Source: an uncultured Candidatus Saccharibacteria bacterium
Lineage (GTDB): Bacteria; Patescibacteriota; Saccharimonadia; Saccharimonadales; AWTP1-31
Assembly (NCBI GenBank): GCA_964629815.1
Contig: CAZVTA010000001.1
Location: 10,100-74,099 of the forward strand
DNA length: 64,000 nt
Direction: 5' to 3'
A program made the translations under genes and the position numbers. Position 1 is the stretch's first letter. The number at the start of each line of letters is the position of its first letter. This document shows, piece by piece, positions 1 to 7,967 of the stretch. The notes below the pieces were generated by a model, which was not told the origin of the DNA, searched no databases, and saw nothing but the letters and a program-made list of their open reading frames with translations.

Positions 1-93
1 AAGACCGATTTTTTTTGAGCGTAACCGTAAATGCTTGTTGGGTAGGGTTATAATGGCTGATTTTGTTACTGGCATTAGTCTAGTATACCACTG

Positions 94-2052
94 TTATAGG
101 AGATTTAGCGGGTCGATGTCGTAGTGCGCATTTGCAGGTAGGTGTTCTCTGATAAGTTGGGTTAATGTACTGCGGCGACTGCTCCGGATGATAATTTGCC
201 AGTAGAATTTTCCGGCACGTTTACCGTAGAAAGAGGGTGTCGGTTGTGAGACGGTGCAGGTGGGAAATATGGCATTAATCTGTTTTGCAAGTTTTTGTGC
301 ATCGGCGCATGCCTTTTCTGATTTTGTCGCATTAAGTGTAATTTTTAGTGCATGCTTAAAAGGGGGAAAGTTATATGCTTTTCGTTCTTGTATTTCGGTT
401 TCGTAAAATGAACTCCAGTCTCCGCGCACCGCCGATAATACTGCAGGGTTCTCGGGACGAAACGTTTGGATAAAGATATTGGTTTCATTATGACCCCTGT
501 CGGCTCGACCGATAACCTGAGTAATTAATTGATTCGTTATCTCATTTGAGCTGTAGTCTGGGAACGAAAGGCTGCTGTCCGCATAGAGAACACCAACTGT
601 ACCCAGTTTTGGCAAGTCGAGTCCCTTGGCGATTATTTGCGTGCCAATGATGATGTCGACATCCGCATTAATAAGACTGGCGATGTGGTTGTTGAGTTGC
701 TCGGACTTTTTGTTGTCTGCATCAAACCTCATAATTCGCGCCGAAGGAAATAGTCGCCGAGTAATTGTTTCAATAGACTTTGTTCCGGAGCTTTTAAAGA
801 CGATATCCGTATCAGAACATACAGGACAGCTTATGGGCGGCTTGGCGGTGTATGAACATGTATGGCAACGCAGATTGTATGAATCGGCATGAAATACTAG
901 CGGTAGGTCGCACTCGGGGCACAATGCCTGCCAGTCGCAAGCTTGACAAAGTATGATTCGGGCGGTTCCGCGCCGGTTAAGGAGCAATAATGATTGCTGT
1001 TTATTCTGCATGGCGATTGTAATTGCCTTAACGAGGGGGTCGCTTATTTCACTGTTGTTCGAAAATGCCTGTTTGTCGTGCATATCCACGAGCGTAATAT
1101 GTGCCTGTTTGTCGCTTTCAACCGCACGATTGTGCATTGTGATGATAGGAACGTTCTTTAACTTTGCAATATAGAGATCGTATATCGGAGGGGTGGCCGA
1201 CCCAAAAACGAGCACTGCCTCGTGGAGTGTTGCAAGTTTACTTGCAACACGGTTAGCATGATAGTACGGGCTCTGATCTTGCTTGTAGGCAGCGTCGTGG
1301 AACTCATCTACAATAACTAATCCAAGGTTGGATATTGGGCTGAAAAGTGCAGACCGAGGGCCAATGATAACCACCGGCGAATGCCGAGATACACGATTTA
1401 TCTCGATCCATGCATTTCGACGCTCTCGTGTTGTCATTGCAGAGTGTATGACGAAGAAGGCTGTTTTCTTGGGTAAAGAAGCCTTTAGTGTAAGTGATAG
1501 TTGAGACGAAAGCCCAATTTCTGGCGATAGGATTAGGGCAGACTTGCCTTCGTCTAATGATTTTTTGATAAGTTCAATGTATAGCCGTGTTTTGCCACTG
1601 CCAGTCCGACCATGAATTATAAAGGTTGCTGGTCTTTGTTTGTTCTTCTGGATTTGCAATAGTGCGGACCTTTGTTCTGCGGTAAGAGGTGGAAGCTGAG
1701 GTGTGGATGTTGATTTTTGCGCCAAGATCTCCTCGGGTTTGGCCTGTGAGTAGTTTGCAATATAACGTGGTGCTACTAGGGCGCAGTGAACACCAAGCGG
1801 TGCTGGGTAGTAGGCTTGCTGCCATTCTAATAACGAAACCAGCTCCTGAGGGATCTGTGTTAAGTGCTGTAGTATCTCTTTGGTTTTATATGGGGGCTTT
1901 GAAGTTGCTCCCATTACAATACCAACGTATGAGCTCCCGCGCATTTCAACGATTACGATATCTCCAGTACGAAGTTTTTGAGCATACGCATACGTGAGTG
2001 GTTCGTAACCATGATACTTTACCGAAGAAACACCCACATGGTAGTAGTTCAT
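94..2052 (-). CDS. priA: Primosomal protein N' (replication restart helicase PriA)
   Basis: 652-aa ORF with Walker A GRTGSGKT and a DEFH (DExH) box. Cys-rich zinc-binding region CQACDWQALCPEC...CHTCSY...CPVCS is typical of PriA. Confidence 0.93.
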   Translation of the reverse strand: MNYYHVGVSSVKYHGYEPLTYAYAQKLRTGDIVIVEMRGSSYVGIVMGATSKPPYKTKEILQHLTQIPQELVSLLEWQQAYYPAPLGVHCALVAPRYIANYSQAKPEEILAQKSTSTPQLPPLTAEQRSALLQIQKNKQRPATFIIHGRTGSGKTRLYIELIKKSLDEGKSALILSPEIGLSSQLSLTLKASLPKKTAFFVIHSAMTTRERRNAWIEINRVSRHSPVVIIGPRSALFSPISNLGLVIVDEFHDAAYKQDQSPYYHANRVASKLATLHEAVLVFGSATPPIYDLYIAKLKNVPIITMHNRAVESDKQAHITLVDMHDKQAFSNNSEISDPLVKAITIAMQNKQQSLLLLNRRGTARIILCQACDWQALCPECDLPLVFHADSYNLRCHTCSYTAKPPISCPVCSDTDIVFKSSGTKSIETITRRLFPSARIMRFDADNKKSEQLNNHIASLINADVDIIIGTQIIAKGLDLPKLGTVGVLYADSSLSFPDYSSNEITNQLITQVIGRADRGHNETNIFIQTFRPENPAVLSAVRGDWSSFYETEIQERKAYNFPPFKHALKITLNATKSEKACADAQKLAKQINAIFPTCTVSQPTPSFYGKRAGKFYWQIIIRSSRRSTLTQLIREHLPANAHYDIDPLNLL

Positions 2053-2149
2053 TCTTGTATTATAGGCAATTTCGTCGCATAAGTACTTGAAAACCCTTAA
2101 AAGAATGGCTATACTAAAATTTACGTTGTTCTAATAACAATAAAAGCTT

Positions 2150-2443
2150 ATGCTAGATGTATTCATAACTTCACGAGTCAGACGCAAAATCATAGTGGTA
2201 TATGCTAAATACCCCGATTTTAAGACACATGTTCGCGGGCTTGCTAAGCTTATCAAAGAAGATGCAGGCAATATTCAGCGAGAACTAAAGCGTCTAGAAA
2301 AAATCGGTTTTCTTATTTCTGAAAAGCAGGGCAATACGAAGATCTATCATACGAATAAGCAGTTTGCGATTTTTAAAGAACTACAAAGTATAGTGTTAAA
2401 ATCGCAACGACTTAATCAAAAACGAACGACAGCTAACTCCTAG
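2150..2443 (+). CDS. Small winged-helix DNA-binding protein (ArsR/MarR-like fold), function unknown
   Basis: 97-aa ORF divergent from priA. Helix-turn-helix plus wing pattern LAKLIKEDAGNIQRELKRLEKIGFLISEKQGNTKIY. Confidence 0.6.
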   Translation: MLDVFITSRVRRKIIVVYAKYPDFKTHVRGLAKLIKEDAGNIQRELKRLEKIGFLISEKQGNTKIYHTNKQFAIFKELQSIVLKSQRLNQKRTTANS

Positions 2444-2445
2444 GC

Positions 2446-2474
2446 TTGCGCAATCATCTCTGTTAGCGTATAAT
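2446..2474 (+). promoter_or_regulatory. Predicted sigma70-type promoter of rpsU (TTGCGC - 17 nt - TATAAT)
   Basis: -35 TTGCGC at 2446-2451, 17-nt spacer, -10 TATAAT at 2469-2474. The ATG at 2483 lies only 8 nt after the -10 with no SD, implying a leaderless or near-leaderless transcript. Confidence 0.45.
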
Positions 2475-2482
2475 AAACAACC

Positions 2483-2698
2483 ATGATACAAGTAACGCGA
2501 AAAGATTCTAAAGAGTCATTCGAAAACCTGCTGCGTCGATTTAATCGAAAAGTCCAGCAATCTGGTGTTCTTGCTGCAGTAAAACAAGCTCAGTATTTTG
2601 AGAAGCCAGTAAGTAAGCGGGAGCGACGTCTGAAGGCGATTGTTCGCAAAGAACGAAAAGCCGTTAAGCTTAAAAAAATTAAGCTTGGTCAGCGTTAA
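2483..2698 (+). CDS. rpsU: 30S ribosomal protein S21
   Basis: 71-aa very basic ORF. ESFENLLRRFNRKVQQSGVL...EKPSKRERR pattern is typical of bS21. Confidence 0.9.
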   Translation: MIQVTRKDSKESFENLLRRFNRKVQQSGVLAAVKQAQYFEKPVSKRERRLKAIVRKERKAVKLKKIKLGQR

Positions 2699-2713
2699 AG
2701 TAATGGTTCGCTG

Positions 2714-2745
2714 AAACACCCCGCGAAGCCGGGGTGTTTTTATTT
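2714..2745 (+). terminator. Rho-independent terminator after rpsU
   Basis: GC-rich hairpin CACCCCG(2717-2723)/CGGGGTG(2730-2736) flanked by an A-run and followed by a TTTTTATTTTT tract. Confidence 0.75.
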
Positions 2746-2782
2746 TTATTTGCGCGACCGTATCTGTTACACTGAGAAAGCT

Positions 2783-3238
2783 ATGACAATAAAAGAACAA
2801 ATTGAGATTGACTTAAAAAAAGCGATGCTGTCAGGGGATAAGGTGCTTGCAACCACACTTCGAGGACTGAAAAGTGTTATTCTGTATGCCGAAGTTGCAA
2901 GTGGAGCCCGTGATTTGGGTATAGATAATGAAGAAGTAATAAAACTGTTTCAGAAAGAATCAAAGAAGCGCCAAGAAAGCGCCGATTTATTCGCAAAAGG
3001 TGGCAATGCCGAGAAACAACAGCAAGAACTTAATGAAAAGAAAGTAATTGACGCTTATTTGCCCGCACAAATGAGTGAGGAGGATATACAGCAAGCAGTT
3101 GCACAAGCCATAGAAGCGACGGATGCGAAAAGCATGCAAGACATGGGTAAGGTGGTGGGCTTGGTAAAACAGCAGCTTGGCTCGGCAGCCGACGGAAGTA
3201 TTATCGCTAGAATAGTGCGCGAAAGGCTTGTCTCATGA
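2783..3238 (+). CDS. GatB/YqeY domain-containing protein
   Basis: The ORF track starts at 2750, but that start overlaps the rpsU terminator, so ATG 2783 (MTIKEQIEIDLKKAMLSGDK) is more likely. LKKAM...LRGLKSVI...AKGGN...EL..I..YLP motif series is typical of the YqeY family. Confidence 0.8.
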   Translation: MTIKEQIEIDLKKAMLSGDKVLATTLRGLKSVILYAEVASGARDLGIDNEEVIKLFQKESKKRQESADLFAKGGNAEKQQQELNEKKVIDAYLPAQMSEEDIQQAVAQAIEATDAKSMQDMGKVVGLVKQQLGSAADGSIIARIVRERLVS

Positions 3239-3792
3239 TTATATTTATGGGTGTTGCTGGAAGCGGTAAAAGTGTTCAGGGTCGCATGCTGGCCGATGAA
3301 TTGGGGCTGCCATGGCTTTCCACGGGTGAGTTTCTCCGTATGCTGATATCGGGCGAGAAGCGAAAGAGCATGATAAAAGGTAAATTACTGTCAGATAGCG
3401 AGATAATTGCACTTGTACAGCGGATATTTACGATTATTGACCCCCATGAAGAGTTTGTGCTTGATGGCTTTCCGCGTACAGATGCACAGGCAGAATGGCT
3501 CTTGGCTCAAGTTAAGCACGGCCAGGTTCCGGCTACTGCGGTTGTCCATTTACAAGCGTCTGAGTCTGTCGTGTTGGAGCGCTTAAAATCTCGTGGCCGT
3601 CCAGACGATAATGACGATGCAATTCGAGAACGGCTTAGAGAATATGAGGAGTCGGCAAAGCCAATCATTGCTGCGTTTAAAGCGGCTGGCGTTCCAGTTG
3701 TAGAGGTAAACGGTGAGCTACAGGTAGATAGGGTTCACCAGCAAATAATGTCGGGCCTGAGCGTAGAAAAGCTACATGTACACGAGAGTTAA
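3235..3792 (+). CDS. adk: Adenylate kinase (short-lid type)
   Basis: P-loop GVAGSGKS, STGEFLR, LDGFPRT..QAEWL and RLKSRGRPDDN..AIRERL motifs. ATGA overlap with the upstream gene. Confidence 0.8.
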   Translation: MIIFMGVAGSGKSVQGRMLADELGLPWLSTGEFLRMLISGEKRKSMIKGKLLSDSEIIALVQRIFTIIDPHEEFVLDGFPRTDAQAEWLLAQVKHGQVPATAVVHLQASESVVLERLKSRGRPDDNDDAIRERLREYEESAKPIIAAFKAAGVPVVEVNGELQVDRVHQQIMSGLSVEKLHVHES

Positions 3793-4528
3793 GACAGACG
3801 TAGAAATCGTAGCAATGCGTGAATCTGGCAAACAGCTTGGGTTGGTTCTGCAGCATTTACGTAATCAAATAAAGCCCGGTCATAGTACGAAAGACTTAGC
3901 AGATATGGCTGCGGCCAAACTGAAGGAGCTTGGCGGCAAGCCAGCATTTTTGGGTTACTATGGTTTTCCCGATGTCTTATGCGTTTCGGTGAATGATGAA
4001 GTAGTTCATGGGATTCCTCGAAAAGATCATCTCATTCAGGAGGGTGATATAGTCAGTATGGATTTCGGTGTGGTTGTTGACGGTATGATTACCGATGCAG
4101 CAATTAGTGTTGTTGTTGGTCGGGGTTCAAAAGATGTTGAGCGACTCATTGCGTCTACCGAAAAATCCCTGCTGGCCGGTATTGATCAGCTCCGAGATGG
4201 CGTTCGGGTAGGGGATGTGGCTGCTTCGATAGAAGGGGTATTGCAAGGCAGCAAATTAGGGATCGTGCGCGATTTGGTGGGTCATGGCGTTGGTCATGAG
4301 CTTCATGAAGAGCCGAATATACCAAACTACGGCCACAAAAAAACAGGCCCTATTTTAAAAGCGGGTATGACTATTGCTATTGAGCCCATGGCTACCCTTG
4401 GCGGGTACGCTGTTAAAGTTGATGATGATGGCTGGACTATCCGAACGCAAGATGGCTCGCTTGCTGCGCATTTCGAACACACAGTGCTCATTACGGACGA
4501 AGGCGCAGAGATACTAACGTTGGCATAG
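3776..4528 (+). CDS. map: Type I methionine aminopeptidase
   Basis: 250-aa ORF with metal-ligand context DIVSMDFGVVVDGMITD, HGVGHELHEEP, IAIEP and FEHTVLIT. Sits in the conserved adk-map order. Confidence 0.93.
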   Translation: MYTRVKTDVEIVAMRESGKQLGLVLQHLRNQIKPGHSTKDLADMAAAKLKELGGKPAFLGYYGFPDVLCVSVNDEVVHGIPRKDHLIQEGDIVSMDFGVVVDGMITDAAISVVVGRGSKDVERLIASTEKSLLAGIDQLRDGVRVGDVAASIEGVLQGSKLGIVRDLVGHGVGHELHEEPNIPNYGHKKTGPILKAGMTIAIEPMATLGGYAVKVDDDGWTIRTQDGSLAAHFEHTVLITDEGAEILTLA

Positions 4529-4529
4529 C

Positions 4530-4558
4530 TTGTACGCCAAAGCCGTAAGCGGTATACT
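4530..4558 (+). promoter_or_regulatory. Predicted promoter of ftsA (TTGTAC - 17 nt - TATACT)
   Basis: -35-like TTGTAC at 4530-4535 and -10 TATACT at 4553-4558. ATG 4565 is 6 nt downstream with no SD in between. Confidence 0.4.
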
Positions 4559-4564
4559 TTGGTC

Positions 4565-5794
4565 ATGCGTGAACAAGTCACAAGGCACTTCGTTGGCCTA
4601 GATATCGGTACAAGTACGGTTCGTTGTGTCGTAGGGATGCTCGAAGTAGGAGATACTAATATACTTTCAGTGATTGGAAATGGCAGCTCGCCTAACACTG
4701 GCATGCGAAAGGGCTCGGTCGTTCATATTGACGATGTGGCAGCGGCGGTGACTCATGCGCTTTCAGAAGCAGAGCGCGTATCGGGTGCGAAAATTCCATA
4801 TGCAACAGTCAATGTTAATGGCTCGCATGTCGTTGGCATGAACTCTAGAGGTGTTATTGCGATTAGTACTGCCAACCGTGAGATAACCGACGAGGATAGA
4901 CTTCGGGTGGAAGAAGCGGCTACTATCGTAAAACTACCACCCAACCGTGAGATTATTCAGGTTTTTGCTAAAAACTATCGATTAGACGGTCAAGATAACA
5001 TTAAGGATCCGGTAGGCATGCAAGGTGTGCGTCTGGAAGTTGATACGCATATTGTAACCGCGGCAAGCCCTAATCTTAAAAGTGTAGACATAATGCTTGA
5101 GAAGGCTGGGGTGCGTCCGTCGCACTATACCGTATCAAGCTTAGCGGCTGCTGAGGCAGTTCTTACAAGGCAGCAAAAGGAATCTGGGACAGTGTTGCTT
5201 GATATTGGTGCAGGCACAACCAACTTGGTAGTGCTGGAGGAAGGCGAGGTACAGCATGTAGCGGTTATTCCAATCGGGGGCATGAATATTACCAATGATC
5301 TTGCGATTGGACTTAAGACTGATCTTGATATTGCCGAGCGGGTGAAAATAGATCACGGTGGTCTTGGTCGCTTTGCGAAAAAAGGCATGGTCTCGGTGCT
5401 GATTAATCGAGCGCGTCATGAGTTCGATGCGGAAGATATTCATATGATCATCGAAGCACGCGTCGAGGAGTTATTCGAATATGTTGATAAAGAGCTCAAG
5501 AAGATACAGCGTTCACGTAAGCTTCCAGGGGGTGTTGTATTGGTGGGCGGGACGGCAAAGCTTCAGGGCATAGCCGACTTTGCCAAAGAAAAACTAGAAC
5601 TCGCTGCTCGAGTTGGCAAATTGCAGCCCTTAGCAGGACTACTGGATACGGTACAGGATCCAGCCTACGCAAGTGCGGTAGGTTTGATGATACTTGATAT
5701 GCTTCTTGGCGAGGGTGGAGCTCAGAATCCTGGCTCGCCAAACCAATCGGCAGGCAGCCTGATTGAGGGAATATTGCGACGATTTAAGAAGTAA
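4565..5794 (+). CDS. ftsA: Cell division protein FtsA
   Basis: Actin/HSP70-fold motifs VGLDIGTS and LDIGAGTT, located immediately upstream of ftsZ. The ORF track begins at TTG 4559; ATG 4565 is preferred because of the promoter geometry. Confidence 0.9.
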   Translation: MREQVTRHFVGLDIGTSTVRCVVGMLEVGDTNILSVIGNGSSPNTGMRKGSVVHIDDVAAAVTHALSEAERVSGAKIPYATVNVNGSHVVGMNSRGVIAISTANREITDEDRLRVEEAATIVKLPPNREIIQVFAKNYRLDGQDNIKDPVGMQGVRLEVDTHIVTAASPNLKSVDIMLEKAGVRPSHYTVSSLAAAEAVLTRQQKESGTVLLDIGAGTTNLVVLEEGEVQHVAVIPIGGMNITNDLAIGLKTDLDIAERVKIDHGGLGRFAKKGMVSVLINRARHEFDAEDIHMIIEARVEELFEYVDKELKKIQRSRKLPGGVVLVGGTAKLQGIADFAKEKLELAARVGKLQPLAGLLDTVQDPAYASAVGLMILDMLLGEGGAQNPGSPNQSAGSLIEGILRRFKK

Positions 5795-5862
5795 TTTCTG
5801 TTTGAATAAAATTTGTGCACGAAAGTTTTCCCCAGAATTGCTGCGCACAAATCCGTCGTTGA

Positions 5863-5891
5863 TTGATGAACTTAAATGTGTGCAGTATACT
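5863..5891 (+). promoter_or_regulatory. Predicted promoter of ftsZ (TTGATG - 17 nt - TATACT)
   Basis: TTGATG at 5863-5868 and TATACT at 5886-5891, followed by SD GAGGA at 5917-5921 and ATG 5930. Confidence 0.4.
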
Positions 5892-5929
5892 AAACATGTA
5901 ACAAGAAATTAGTTCAGAGGATACATGAC

Positions 5930-7222
5930 ATGCCGCAAGTAGCACCAGAAATTGAAACCTTCGCAAGAATTAAGGTTATTGGCGTCGGTGGCGCCGGCGG
6001 TGCGGCGATTAATCGCATGGTTGATGCTGGGGTTAAGAACGTTGAATTTATTGCAGTTAACACTGATGCACAGGCGCTCCATCATTCAAAAGCCAGCGTT
6101 AAAATTCATATTGGCCGCGACACGACCAGAGGGCTGGGTGCGGGTGCAGATCCGTCGGTTGGACAGAAAGCAGCAGAAGAATCGATAGACGAGATTAAAA
6201 AAGCTATCGAGGGTGCTGACATGGTGTTTGTAACTATTGGCGCTGGTGGTGGTACGGGGAGCGGTGCAGGGCACGTCGTCGCAACTACGGCACGAGAAAT
6301 GGGTATTCTGGTCGTTGGTTTTGCTACCAAGCCATTTGCATTTGAGGGTGATAAGCGTCGTCGTAATGCCGATATAGCGATCGAGAATCTGCGACGAGCG
6401 GTAGACACACTTATTGTTATTCCAAATGATAGATTGCTGCAGACTATCGACCGACAGACTCCTTTGCTCGAGGCGTTCAAGGTAGCGGATGATGTTTTGC
6501 GGCAGGGTGTTCAGGGAATATCAGACCTTATAACGGTTCACGGACTTATCAACCTAGACTTTGCCGACGTAAAAACCGTCATGAGTAATGCGGGTTCTGC
6601 GCTTATGGGTATTGGTCGGGCAAGTGGAGAGAATCGCGCAGTGCAAGCTGCACAACAGGCTATTGAATCGCCTCTTCTCGAGGTTTCAATAGATGGGGCT
6701 CGTGGCATACTCTTTAATGTTATCGGTGGCAATGATATTTCAATGCACGAAATCAATACTGCTGCAGAGACAATTACGGCAGCCGCTGACCCCGATGCAA
6801 ACATTATTTTTGGTGCTACAATCAATCCTGAGCTCGAAGGGGAGCTGATTATAACTGTGGTGGCAACAGGCTTTGATGCTGCATACTATGCCAATCGTAA
6901 TGCTCAAACAGCGGCATTGCAGTCCGATAGCGATGCGCCTCAATTGGACGCGGATGATAATCAGGCACAGTCTACACAACCCGTTTTAGACGAAGAAGTG
7001 AACACGATGAATATGGATCTTGATGCGGCTACCGATGAATCGGCTCATCACGATTTTCATTCTAATGATCCGGTGCCGAATATATGGTCGCTTGACGGTC
7101 ATTCTGATGACGAGCCTTCGACTGCTGACCCGCTTGGGTCACACGAGGAAGAAGAGCTAGAGAAGCCCTCGTTTTTGCGAAGACTTAAAAAAAGACGAGC
7201 CGATAAAAAGACCGAAGAATAA
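5930..7222 (+). CDS. ftsZ: Cell division GTPase FtsZ
   Basis: Tubulin signature GGGTGSGAG and N-terminal [13 protein letters not shown]. Long acidic linker and C-terminal peptide KPSFLRRL followed by a basic tail. Confidence 0.97.
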   Translation: MPQVAPEIETFARIKVIGVGGAGGAAINRMVDAGVKNVEFIAVNTDAQALHHSKASVKIHIGRDTTRGLGAGADPSVGQKAAEESIDEIKKAIEGADMVFVTIGAGGGTGSGAGHVVATTAREMGILVVGFATKPFAFEGDKRRRNADIAIENLRRAVDTLIVIPNDRLLQTIDRQTPLLEAFKVADDVLRQGVQGISDLITVHGLINLDFADVKTVMSNAGSALMGIGRASGENRAVQAAQQAIESPLLEVSIDGARGILFNVIGGNDISMHEINTAAETITAAADPDANIIFGATINPELEGELIITVVATGFDAAYYANRNAQTAALQSDSDAPQLDADDNQAQSTQPVLDEEVNTMNMDLDAATDESAHHDFHSNDPVPNIWSLDGHSDDEPSTADPLGSHEEEELEKPSFLRRLKKRRADKKTEE

Positions 7223-7310
7223 GCGATATGTTGTGCATTGCACGTACTAAAAAATACAGCAAATATGTGCTTGCGCGTATTCAATAATAGCGTTACCATG
7301 ATAAGCATAT

Positions 7311-7326
7311 ACACTATATATAGTGA
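7311..7326 (+). promoter_or_regulatory. NrdR box (operator) upstream of nrdR-nrdJ
   Basis: ACACTATATATAGTGA contains a perfect 14-bp palindrome CACTATATATAGTG (7312-7325), matching the known 16-bp NrdR-box consensus acaCwAtATaTwGtgt. A weaker 16-mer ACATTGCAAAAAATGT (7331-7346, 5-bp arms) follows. Confidence 0.7.
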
Positions 7327-7362
7327 TAGTACATTGCAAAAAATGTATGTGAGAGGGAAATA

Positions 7363-7833
7363 ATGAAATGTAGTCAGTGTCAGGCGGCAGATACAAAAGT
7401 GATTGAGTCTCGTGATGTAGCAGAGGGTCAGGCTATTCGTCGACGTCGTTGTTGTACTGCATGTGCATTTCGCTTCACAACGTATGAGCGAATAGAACGC
7501 CCCCAGCTAATTGTTATAAAAAATACTGGAGCACGTGAACTATTCAATAGAGACAAGTTGCTGAGTGGATTGTATCGGGCATGCGAAAAAACGCCGGTTA
7601 CGAGCGTTCAGCTCGAAAAACTTGTAGCAGACATCGAACATGAGTTGTATACTTGTGGAGAATCTGAGATATCTTCCAATCGAATTGGACAGATAGTGAT
7701 GGAGAGGCTCGCAAAAGTTAACGAAGTTGCCTATGTACGGTTCGCAAGCGTATATCGTCGCTTCAAAGACATTGCAAGTTTCGAAAAAGAACTCTCTCAG
7801 ATACGCAAAAACCAAACAAAAGACGTCAAATAG
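7363..7833 (+). CDS. nrdR: Transcriptional repressor NrdR
   Basis: N-terminal zinc ribbon CSQC...CCTAC followed by an ATP-cone. SD GAGAGGGA lies upstream. Confidence 0.95.
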   Translation: MKCSQCQAADTKVIESRDVAEGQAIRRRRCCTACAFRFTTYERIERPQLIVIKNTGARELFNRDKLLSGLYRACEKTPVTSVQLEKLVADIEHELYTCGESEISSNRIGQIVMERLAKVNEVAYVRFASVYRRFKDIASFEKELSQIRKNQTKDVK

Positions 7834-7967
7834 CAATAGAGTGTTTGACGGTTCCCCTTTGATTAGGATGGGATTAATGGGGAGCAGCGCAAGGCATTTA
7901 GAGAGCATGTCCTTGTAGAGACTCTAAACAAAAACTATATAAAACTAATACATGTGAGGGTAGAAAA

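Noticed and set aside
3236-3238. Possibility of UGA recoding (as in some CPR lineages)
   Set aside because: TGA terminates well-conserved genes at the expected length, for example the YqeY-family gene at 3236-3238 and the receiver gene at 61179-61181. A full RF2 with SPF/GGQ motifs is also encoded, so the standard code 11 fits.
5811-5852. Inverted repeat ATTTGTGC...GCACAAAT between ftsA and ftsZ as a terminator or regulatory hairpin
   Set aside because: It has an 8-bp AT-rich stem with a 26-nt loop and no U-tract. This is marginal stability, so it is not reported as a feature.
7834-7967. Cobalamin riboswitch or a second NrdR box in the nrdR-nrdJ intergenic region
   Set aside because: No B12-box-like sequence is present. 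The AT-rich CAAAAACTATATAAAAC (about 7929-7945) shares only the central TATAT with the NrdR consensus and is not palindromic. The small hairpins (TCCCC/GGGGA, TTTAGAG/CTCTAAA) are short and lack a U-tract.
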